In this document: positions 56,444 to 64,000 of the stretch, piece by piece | Position numbering within the stretch: position 1 is the first letter of the stretch | Layout: every line of letters begins with the position of its first letter | From: a virus | Reading direction: 5' to 3' (one strand) | DNA: 64,000 nt | IMG/VR virus record: IMGVR_UViG_3300042731_007310 | Span: 20,479-84,478 of that record | Notes under the pieces: generated by a model | Databases searched by the model: none | Told to the model about the DNA's origin: nothing | The model's input: the letters and a program-made list of their open reading frames with translations, nothing else | Made by a program: the position numbers and the translations under genes

Positions 56444-57562
56444 ATGGGGAAAGCAAAGGAGCCTACCGATCATAAGGGTAGGGAAAAGGTACAATGTCGT
56501 GAATGTGGCTTGTGGTTTCATAGGCTTGACGTTCATATTGGTTCTAAGCACGGTGGTGTAGAAGATTATAAGAAAAAACACCCTGGTGCTCCTTTACTTT
56601 CGGAAACAGCAAGAAGAAGGGTTGGAAGTCACGACGATTCAGAAGATGTTTTCAAGTTTGGTGTAGCGCGCCTAACTATGAGAGACGATCTTGACGAATA
56701 CGATGAACAATTCGTGGCTAAACATGATGAGCAATGGGAATTAGGTGTAGATGAACGTGAAGCGCTTGAAGCCCTATCGTTAGCAGTTGAAGATGACGAA
56801 AACGTTTTGATAGTTGGTCCACCAGGTATAGGTAAATCAACACTTGTAAAAGAACTATCGGCTATCTGTAATCATCCACTTCGAAGAACTTCATTCCGTG
56901 GTGATATGAGGGCTAGCGATCTCGTTGGTAAGGGAGTGCTGAAGGTCGATAACGATAGTGGTCAATCGATTACTGATTATATGGGTGGAATACTACCCGA
57001 TTCCGCTGAACGTGGTCATTGGCTGATGATAGACGAATTCGATTCAGGTCCAGCGGAAATTATGTTCATACTATTTCCAGTGTTAGAAGACGAAAGATCT
57101 TTGATGTTATTGGGTAAAGACGGTGGTGTGAATGTTTCTTTTGACGATAACTTTCGGTTTATCGCCACTGCTAACACATTAGGTTTTGGTGATGAAAGCG
57201 GATTGTATGCCGGAACCGCTCCTATCAATGAAGCGCTACTTGATCGTTTCCATACCGTGATTACAATGAACTATCCGGAAGCTAATAACGAAGTAAATCG
57301 GATAGTGAAGAAAAGTAGTATCGAAAAGGGCGACGCTGAAAAGATGGTTGCGATTGCTACTAAGGTTCGTGAAGCACAAACAAGGGATGAAACAACGGCA
57401 AGCCTTTCGCCTAGAAGGTTGATTATGTGGGCGAAAAAAGCTGTACGTATGGGAGATATAAGAAGGGCGGCGAAATATACAATTACTAATCGATTGCCTT
57501 CTGATGAAAGTGTTTTTGTTGAAGGTATTATTCAACGTTATTTCGGTGGAACCGTTACATAA
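56444..57562 (+). CDS. cobS: CobS/CbbQ/NorQ-family AAA+ ATPase with N-terminal C2H2-like zinc finger
   Basis: AGGAG RBS; CRECG..FHRLDVHI..KH; GPPGIGKST; IDEFD; FRFIATANTLG.GD..G.YAGT...NEALLDRF; SPRRLI.W. Confidence 0.85.
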   Translation: MGKAKEPTDHKGREKVQCRECGLWFHRLDVHIGSKHGGVEDYKKKHPGAPLLSETARRRVGSHDDSEDVFKFGVARLTMRDDLDEYDEQFVAKHDEQWELGVDEREALEALSLAVEDDENVLIVGPPGIGKSTLVKELSAICNHPLRRTSFRGDMRASDLVGKGVLKVDNDSGQSITDYMGGILPDSAERGHWLMIDEFDSGPAEIMFILFPVLEDERSLMLLGKDGGVNVSFDDNFRFIATANTLGFGDESGLYAGTAPINEALLDRFHTVITMNYPEANNEVNRIVKKSSIEKGDAEKMVAIATKVREAQTRDETTASLSPRRLIMWAKKAVRMGDIRRAAKYTITNRLPSDESVFVEGIIQRYFGGTVT

Positions 57563-59352
57563 TGAATAAGCTTCAAAAAGGTGTATGCGAAGATTTGATA
57601 GGCCTATCAGGACCATTCACAAAAATAGCGCGTATTATGTCAGCACAATGGAGTGTTAGGATAGTTCCTTCAGGTGCGGAGTGTAAAACCGATGGCGAAA
57701 CGATTGCTATACCATTTACCGCCGATTATCTCCCACTTGAAAAAAGACAAGAGTTACACGGAATGTTAGATCATGAAGTGTGTCATGTGGCAGAAGAAAG
57801 GCGACATAAGGAAAACGGAAAAGAAACACCGGTAAAACTTCTTCAAAAAGAAAAGAATCCGGTGATTCAAATGTTGATGAATGTATTCGAAGATATTCGG
57901 ATAGAAATTCTGTATGAAGGTATTTACAAAGGTGTTGCAGAAAATTTGCGTGTAAATAATATCAGTGCGGCTAAGAAGTGGGCGGAAGAACATGAAGAAA
58001 GAATTTCTAATGATTGGTGGTCTGCTTTTGGCGCTGCTTTGATATTGCGAGCCCGTGATTTAGAATGTGAATGGACAGAAGAAGGTGATATAGGCGAGTA
58101 TCTTGATATTTGCGCTGAAGAAATAGAAGATTCAAAACACACAAGTTGGGTTGATGATTCTATAGAGCTTTCGAAAAGAGTTTTCGAAAAAGTAAAGAAA
58201 CATCATAAGAAAAAGGGTAAGAAAGCTTCCGGAAATGGAAAAGGTCTTTTTGGTAAGGGTAAAAATGGTAAGGGTGACGGAAAAGGAGAGAAAGTAGAAG
58301 GTGATTTTGGACCTGGTAAATTTGGACCTGGTACTACTGATTTTTCCGAAGTGAATAAAAAGTCAATGGCGGAATATGTTATTCATGATGCTAAAGCTAA
58401 TAATAGATATACTCCACACCCTAAAGCGGTGAAGAGAGATTATATAGAAGTTAGTAAACCTGGTGATATCGGATATTATTCAACCGCTAAAGCTGAAGTG
58501 TCATCGCAAATATCAGGTCTTAGGGGTAAGCAACGAATGTTGATTATGTCATGGTCAAGGCGTCGCGTTGTTGGTAATCTCGAAAGTGGTTTTGTTGACG
58601 ATGACGTTCTATCAGAAGTTAGGACGGGAAATAAAAGAGTCTTTTGTGATATCACTAAAAAGAAATACTTGAATACCGCGATACTAGCGCTTGTCGATTG
58701 TTCCGGATCAATGGCTGGAAATAGATATCCCGGAAGTGGCGCTTACTATGCTTTTAGAACAGCTATAGGTTTAGCTGAATCATGGGAATTGTTAGGTATA
58801 CCTCATGAATGGTTAGGTTTTAGTGCTAACGATTCTATGTCTACTGGTATCACCGAAGAAGATCTAAAAGGGCCTTATTTCTGTAGACCACCATTGAATC
58901 ATATAATATTCAAACGTTTTTCTGAATCGTTGAAATCTACAAGATCCAAGTTTACCGGAATAACTGGACGCGGAAGTAATGTTGACGGTGAATCTGTTTC
59001 ATGGGCGGCTAGACGATTAGCGGCTAGAAAAGAAGTGAGAAAGATTTTAGTCGTCATTTCTGATGGTATGCCTTCAACGTCTAATGGAACCGCTTGTGGA
59101 CCTGGTCTTTTTTGTGGAATGGCAGATCATAGTAGAATGCAAGAACACTTACGCTACGTAGTAAAGCAAATCACTTCTTCCGGAATTGAGGTTATCGGAA
59201 TTGGTGCTGGAACTGAAGGACCTAAGTATTTTTACAATAAAGATACTGGTGCCAAATTTGTTTATATAAGAGAATTAAACACTATGGCAACAGACATATA
59301 TAGGGTGATGAAACAAAAGGTCACAAAGGGGATGTCAGTATGTCGAGTATAG
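57562..59352 (+). CDS. cobT: CobT-like VWA domain protein with N-terminal HExxH domain
   Basis: A.CKTDG..I..P, GMLDHEVCH, NVFEDIRIE; MIDAS DCSGSM; NVDGES; RKILVVISDGMP; GIEVIGIG. Confidence 0.85.
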   Translation: MNKLQKGVCEDLIGLSGPFTKIARIMSAQWSVRIVPSGAECKTDGETIAIPFTADYLPLEKRQELHGMLDHEVCHVAEERRHKENGKETPVKLLQKEKNPVIQMLMNVFEDIRIEILYEGIYKGVAENLRVNNISAAKKWAEEHEERISNDWWSAFGAALILRARDLECEWTEEGDIGEYLDICAEEIEDSKHTSWVDDSIELSKRVFEKVKKHHKKKGKKASGNGKGLFGKGKNGKGDGKGEKVEGDFGPGKFGPGTTDFSEVNKKSMAEYVIHDAKANNRYTPHPKAVKRDYIEVSKPGDIGYYSTAKAEVSSQISGLRGKQRMLIMSWSRRRVVGNLESGFVDDDVLSEVRTGNKRVFCDITKKKYLNTAILALVDCSGSMAGNRYPGSGAYYAFRTAIGLAESWELLGIPHEWLGFSANDSMSTGITEEDLKGPYFCRPPLNHIIFKRFSESLKSTRSKFTGITGRGSNVDGESVSWAARRLAARKEVRKILVVISDGMPSTSNGTACGPGLFCGMADHSRMQEHLRYVVKQITSSGIEVIGIGAGTEGPKYFYNKDTGAKFVYIRELNTMATDIYRVMKQKVTKGMSVCRV

Positions 59353-60023
59353 AGAACGATATCTATAATCAGGTTGAAAAGATGGTTTCTCCGATTATTC
59401 ATTCTAATGCAAAGAAATTTTGTAGAACTTTGTCTATGACTATCGAAGAAGCAAAGCAAGAAGCGCGTATCGCGCTAATGCTAGCATTGAGAAAATACGA
59501 TTACAATGATAGCCGTGGTGGTATCTATAACTTTGCTTCTATTTCTGTTAGAAGACATTTTTTGAAAATGGTTTCTGCTAGTCAAGCTCAAAAACGAAAA
59601 CCACATATTAGGGTAAAGGGTTGTGATAAATTAGAAATTAGTTTTTTTCATAATACTCCATTGCCACGTGATGAGTGCATTCAAAGCGACATGCCAAATC
59701 CGGAAGAACAAGGTATTATAAGTGATAGTAAAAGGGTTGCAGGGATACTTGAAGAATCATTGATGGAAGCGCTTGAAGAAAGAGAGAAAAACGTTTTTCG
59801 TTGTAAGATAAATCCACCACGTGAATTACGTATGTTGATGGTTGAAGAGTGTGAAGAAACACCTACAATACCAACGATAGGAAAACATCTTTCGTTATCA
59901 AAAAATTCTGTTGATTGGTCGATAAGAAAAATTAGAGAAACGGCAGAAACGATTATTAGAAGAAAATTCAGCTATCTATCAGATTATGATGTAGTTAAAG
60001 AGTATATGGAAAAAGACTTGTGA
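59340..60023 (+). CDS. Sigma70-family-like factor
   Basis: EEAKQEARIALMLALRKYD..RG..NFA region 2; C-terminal HTH TIPTIGKHLSLSKNSVDWSIRKIR region 4. Confidence 0.7.
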   Translation: MSSIENDIYNQVEKMVSPIIHSNAKKFCRTLSMTIEEAKQEARIALMLALRKYDYNDSRGGIYNFASISVRRHFLKMVSASQAQKRKPHIRVKGCDKLEISFFHNTPLPRDECIQSDMPNPEEQGIISDSKRVAGILEESLMEALEEREKNVFRCKINPPRELRMLMVEECEETPTIPTIGKHLSLSKNSVDWSIRKIRETAETIIRRKFSYLSDYDVVKEYMEKDL

Positions 60024-60979
60024 GTGAAAAAGAATTAGATCATGGGCGTAGACTCCCTATTTGTCTTAGAAAGTATTCACGTGGTGACGTTGAATGTGAT
60101 GGAAGGCCACGTGCTAAAATCGAACGTGACCGGATACCGTGTGTTTACCGCGATAGGTGTGTAGCGCTTCAACGTTTCATAAAAATAAATGGTAAACAAC
60201 GTCGCGAATTATTGAAGTTACGTAAGGTTAGAGATGTTGACGGTAAACGTCGCGTATATGCTTTTTCAATCGAAGATAGTGAGAAATTTCAACAGAGATT
60301 AGTTCGTATAATTGATAAATATGGAATACGGAATGGTAGGATTACCATTAGTCACCCACAAGAAGAACGGCGTAAGCCGCGAAAGATGGTAGAGAGATCT
60401 GAAGAAGCAAAAGAGAAGTCAAGAAAAGCTCTCATAAAGGCCAGAAAAGAAGCTTCAAGGGTTATCAGTGAAAAAGCAGATAAAGACGTTAGGGAAACAA
60501 ATAAGCTTGTTCATTGGTTTATTTCACGGTTTGAGAAGAAGGTAGGACGTAAGGTACACGATAGTCGTGATGGTATTGACATAGGTGAGTTATTCGTTGT
60601 TGATCGTGTTGAATCAAATAGGTATGTCGTTGTTTATGCAAAGACATACAAAATAAGAGACGGAAAGGGGAAGAAAAAAACAACCATAGTCGAGACAAGA
60701 ACGCCAGTTGTTAGGATCAATCTGGCTACTCGAACGCATACTCTACAATTCAGGGTGACTATTCCGCCTAATAAACTAAAAAAGGTTTTATCAAAAAGTT
60801 CTTCTGTGAAGGTTGGTGTTATCCCCTTTAGATGGGGTAGGTTTAGAGCAAAAACATTTCCGGTTGATATTGAAGGTTGTTCAATCGTAGCTGATGGTAT
60901 TGCGAAAGCTGTTTTGAATGGAACCATAAAGCTTCCTGATATCTGTAGCATAGATGATATAGATATTGAAAATTTTTAG
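60020..60979 (+). CDS. Hypothetical basic protein (N-terminal 4-Cys motif)
   Basis: GTGA overlap; C..C..C..C near the N-terminus. Confidence 0.6.
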   Translation: MSEKELDHGRRLPICLRKYSRGDVECDGRPRAKIERDRIPCVYRDRCVALQRFIKINGKQRRELLKLRKVRDVDGKRRVYAFSIEDSEKFQQRLVRIIDKYGIRNGRITISHPQEERRKPRKMVERSEEAKEKSRKALIKARKEASRVISEKADKDVRETNKLVHWFISRFEKKVGRKVHDSRDGIDIGELFVVDRVESNRYVVVYAKTYKIRDGKGKKKTTIVETRTPVVRINLATRTHTLQFRVTIPPNKLKKVLSKSSSVKVGVIPFRWGRFRAKTFPVDIEGCSIVADGIAKAVLNGTIKLPDICSIDDIDIENF

Positions 60980-60986
60980 GTGTAAT

Positions 60987-61874
60987 ATGCGCGTTGTTAT
61001 TACTGGTGCCGATATTTCTGGATTGATAGCAAATTACATAATGAAGTCTGTTGGTAATGACGTTATTGTGGTAGACAAAGAAGAACCGGGTAAAAGTATA
61101 TCTATGCCTATCTTCAAATACATTGAAGGTATTGAAGAAGTAATAGTGATGCTTGAAGATATGGATATTTTATTTGGTGATTATTCTATCAAGTGCGGAA
61201 TCTTAGTTCATGGTAAGGTTGTACCATGCAAAAACAACATTACTGAAGCTATTCATCATGCCTATTGGAATAAGACGAGGTTGACGGTTCCATACATAGA
61301 AGACATAAAGGGTATAACCGATCCTGAATTATATCCAAGGAGAAAATGTGTTACTTTCTACTGGAAAGATTTTTTGAATACACTTGTGAAGAATGCAAGA
61401 ATTCAACCCAATATGGTTGATGATTTTGATTTGCATATAGCAACAAATCCCCTTTGGACCTATCCTGAAGCTGGAAGGGTTGATGCAATGGCGGTAAAGG
61501 TGAATTTGATTCAGGTTATATCAAAAAGGGAGCGTTACATAAAATGGGATGTAGTTTATACTCCATTTACACCAGGTAATGTTATTCATAAAATCTACCA
61601 TAATAGTGAAAGTAATATCTGTGAATTCAGTGGTGAACTAGATGAAGACAGATTGTCTTCTGACTTGAATTTTTTATTTCCTGAAGGGTGGCATCAGGAC
61701 GGTGAAATAGAGACAACTCACGGTCATCTTTTACCCTTGCCTGAAGATCCCGTATGGCCTTCAAATGTTGTTCCAATTGGAAGAATTGCTAAATGGAATG
61801 AAAGGGTTACAATCATGAATGTTATTTGTGATTGTATTGATTTAGCGCGTAATGGCAAAGTTGGAAGAAATTAG
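60987..61874 (+). CDS. FAD/NAD(P)-binding oxidoreductase-like protein
   Basis: MRVVITGADISGL..Y......DVIVVDK Rossmann start; C-terminal PIGRIAKW. Confidence 0.6.
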   Translation: MRVVITGADISGLIANYIMKSVGNDVIVVDKEEPGKSISMPIFKYIEGIEEVIVMLEDMDILFGDYSIKCGILVHGKVVPCKNNITEAIHHAYWNKTRLTVPYIEDIKGITDPELYPRRKCVTFYWKDFLNTLVKNARIQPNMVDDFDLHIATNPLWTYPEAGRVDAMAVKVNLIQVISKRERYIKWDVVYTPFTPGNVIHKIYHNSESNICEFSGELDEDRLSSDLNFLFPEGWHQDGEIETTHGHLLPLPEDPVWPSNVVPIGRIAKWNERVTIMNVICDCIDLARNGKVGRN

Positions 61875-62181
61875 GAAATGGGCTCGCGGAAAAAAGGTCA
61901 AAGGACTTCCGGAACCAATAAGAAGAAATCCGGTGAGAAAACCGGAATTAGAAAATGGTTTTGTTCCGATTTGGGTAAGTGCGAAATATTCTATAAGCTC
62001 TAATGGTGAAGATGCTTTACTTCTATTTGGAAAATTTAGGGGTAGTAGGGTTAGTGAATTAGTGAATAAGGCCAGGGGTAGGAGTTATTTGAAATGGATC
62101 ATAAAACATGAATTTCAAAATGATCTAAAAGAAGTTTGTCGATATAGATTAGAATTGAGGCAACGTGAAAAAAGACGCTGA
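61852..62181 (+). CDS. Small protein with FGK..G...YL.W motif (ExoX C-terminal/DUF3820-like)
   Basis: LLFGKFRGSRVSEL....GRSYLKWI. Confidence 0.65.
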   Translation: MAKLEEIRKWARGKKVKGLPEPIRRNPVRKPELENGFVPIWVSAKYSISSNGEDALLLFGKFRGSRVSELVNKARGRSYLKWIIKHEFQNDLKEVCRYRLELRQREKRR

Positions 62182-64000
62182 GAATTTTGTACATATGCAC
62201 ACGCACAGCGATTTATCACAATTGGATGGTTGTGGCAAGATTGCTGATTATGCTAAAGAAGCCGCTAAAAGGGGTAATCCGGCTTTATCCGTCACAGAAC
62301 ACGGATCTATGAGAAGTTACCTTCAACTAAAAAAGGAGTGTGAGAAGAACAATATAAAGCCCGTATACGGTGTTGAGTTTTACGTTGCTAGAAATATGAA
62401 TCGTAAGGGTATAACGAAAGAAGAAAAAGAAGAATTGACAAAAGGTGTTGGTAGATATGAACAAAGAAAGGTTATAAAGGAGTACGAAGAAAAAGAAGGT
62501 ATTCGCGATAGATGGCATACTACCGTGTGGGCTATGAATCAAGTTGGAATGAAGAATTTACAACGTCTATCATCATTGGCGTACATTGATGGATTTTATT
62601 ATAAGCCACGTGTTGATTTGAAGGCGTTTTGTAAATACAATGAAGGATTAGCCATTTCTACCGGTTGTGTTGGTGGTCCGGCTTACGATACGTATATGAG
62701 TGGTCAAAAACGTTTTTCGTTAGACTTCGTAGATACTCTTTTTGAAACTTTCGGTGATAGGTTCTTTTTAGAAATTCAACCGCACCCATTGAAGGAACAA
62801 GCTTTCGCAAATAAAATAGCTATGAAGTTGAAAGATCGCACTGGTGCCAAGCTAATAGCTGGACAAGATTCACATTATCTTCACCCTGAAGACTGGCGAT
62901 CTCATGATGTATTATTGTGTATCGGAACCAATTCGTATATGAATCAAGAAGATAGGTTTCGCTTTCCGGGTCATGACTTTTATTTCAAGACTCGTAGGGA
63001 AATGAGAAATTCGTTTCTTAGACACCATAGTTTCCTTGGAAAGAGCGCCATAAAAGAATCTCTAAATACGACTGTTGAATTGGCTGAAAGATGTAATGTA
63101 AGTGTTGAAATCGATTATTTGAAAGCACTTCTTCCTAATCCTGGTATCCCTAAGAAATATAAGGGTGACGAATTTGCTTATCTAAAAGATCTTTGTTTAG
63201 AAGGGTGGACTTGGCGATCGATTCCTTCAAGGGCTAGAGAATTTTCTAGAAAAAAGGGTATCTCTTCACGTGAAGCTATCGGAGTGTATAGCGATAGACT
63301 GAAATTGGAATTACGCGCGTTGAAGAAGCAAAGGATAATTCTGTATTTCTTGATTGTTTATGATCTGTACAAGTTTGTTAGAAGCGAAAAGATCTTTTGT
63401 GGACCTGGTAGGGGTAGCGCTGGTGGTTCTTTGATAGCCTACCTGTTGGGTATTACTTCGGTTGATCCGATAGAGTATGGATTACTGTTTGAACGTTTTA
63501 TCAATCCAGATAGAAATGATTTGCCTGATATCGATATGGACTTTGAAGACGCAAGGCGTAGAGAAGTTATTGATTATCTGATTAGAAAATATGGTCAGGA
63601 TAAGGTGTGTCAAATATCTACCGCTGGAAAATTATCTGGAAAAAGCGTTTTGAGAGACGTTTCTAGGGTTCTAAGTGTTCCGTTGCAAGAAGTTAGCGCT
63701 ATTACTCAATCTATAATAGAACGACCTGATGGTCATCCACGTCAATACAATACGATAGAAGACTCATTCAAGGAATTTGATATTTGTAGGGCATTCGATA
63801 AAAGACACCCTGATGTAAAGGGGTATGCTATGCGTCTTGAAGGTATGACTAAGACATTGGGTATTCATGCCGCTGGTGTAGTAGCTAGTCCGGTTCCTAT
63901 TGTAGATGTTACACCTATTGAAACAAGGAATCATAAGGGTGAACAATTGGTTGTTAGCGCCGTTGATATGAATGAAATATCATCAATAGGACTTGTAAAG
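62165..64000 (+). CDS. dnaE: DNA polymerase III alpha subunit (DnaE), 3'-truncated by the window edge
   Basis: Not in the ORF track. GTG at 62165 after GAGG gives MKKDAENFVHMHTHSDLSQLDG (PHP domain), VTEHG, GVEFY, DSHY, GPGRGSAGGSLIAYLLGIT, LLFERFINPDR..LPDIDMDF, GIHAAGVV. Confidence 0.95.
   Translation, partial: MKKDAENFVHMHTHSDLSQLDGCGKIADYAKEAAKRGNPALSVTEHGSMRSYLQLKKECEKNNIKPVYGVEFYVARNMNRKGITKEEKEELTKGVGRYEQRKVIKEYEEKEGIRDRWHTTVWAMNQVGMKNLQRLSSLAYIDGFYYKPRVDLKAFCKYNEGLAISTGCVGGPAYDTYMSGQKRFSLDFVDTLFETFGDRFFLEIQPHPLKEQAFANKIAMKLKDRTGAKLIAGQDSHYLHPEDWRSHDVLLCIGTNSYMNQEDRFRFPGHDFYFKTRREMRNSFLRHHSFLGKSAIKESLNTTVELAERCNVSVEIDYLKALLPNPGIPKKYKGDEFAYLKDLCLEGWTWRSIPSRAREFSRKKGISSREAIGVYSDRLKLELRALKKQRIILYFLIVYDLYKFVRSEKIFCGPGRGSAGGSLIAYLLGITSVDPIEYGLLFERFINPDRNDLPDIDMDFEDARRREVIDYLIRKYGQDKVCQISTAGKLSGKSVLRDVSRVLSVPLQEVSAITQSIIERPDGHPRQYNTIEDSFKEFDICRAFDKRHPDVKGYAMRLEGMTKTLGIHAAGVVASPVPIVDVTPIETRNHKGEQLVVSAVDMNEISSIGLVK

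Noticed and set aside
42-63946. All minus-strand ORFs and short nested plus-strand ORFs in the track
   Set aside because: They are shadows of longer plus-strand genes with recognisable motifs and have no RBS or domain signal.
62165-64000. Intein or intron in DnaE, TerL or DnaB
   Set aside because: Motifs are normally spaced, with no intein N-terminal C-[LF] or C-terminal HN junctions and no frame breaks in the visible parts.
1-64000. Alternative genetic code or stop-codon reassignment
   Set aside because: Standard code 11 yields dense, full-length genes ending in TAA, TAG and TGA.

Overview
The window is a continuous, AT-rich segment of a large tailed phage with a contractile (myovirus-type) tail. 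Every credible gene is on the + strand. Order: (1) 1-8.2 kb, accessory and early genes, including an AdoMetDC/SpeD-family pyruvoyl decarboxylase, two HExxH membrane proteins, an Amidase_2 endolysin and a Cys-rich Gp88-like protein ending in QLSLF. (2) 8.2-21.7 kb, packaging and head module: TerL, PBSX-type portal, MuF minor head protein, XkdF-type prohead protease, scaffold, major capsid protein with an inserted domain, and a methyltransferase-glycosyltransferase-TPR fusion. (3) 21.7-26.7 kb, a 1636-aa fibre with about 50 copies of a 20-aa repeat. (4) 26.7-48.2 kb, neck, sheath, tube, tail chaperone with a -1 frameshift, tape measure, baseplate and a beta-helix tail spike. (5) 48.2-49.4 kb, holin and spanin-like genes. 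(6) 49.4-64 kb, replication module: SF2 helicase, iteron-like repeats, DnaC-like loader, DnaB, DNA MTase, primase, CobS/CobT-like AAA+/VWA pair, sigma-like protein, and a DnaE (Pol III alpha) that runs off the window and is missing from the ORF track. The most striking unexplained signal is a shared C-terminal peptide, K-[GS]-[FL]-W-[NK]-G-[ILV]-[IL]-COOH, on the scaffold and on two otherwise unrelated proteins. It occurs together with recurring [VIT]-x-K-[ASNTDG] putative protease sites and a protease fold split across two genes, which suggests a tag-and-cleave system for loading cargo into the capsid. Other notable signals are strong genome-wide TTAA avoidance and two candidate RNA switches. 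All family calls come from motif recognition by eye; no database searches were run. No CRISPR array, tRNA, rRNA, integrase or reverse transcriptase was recognised.
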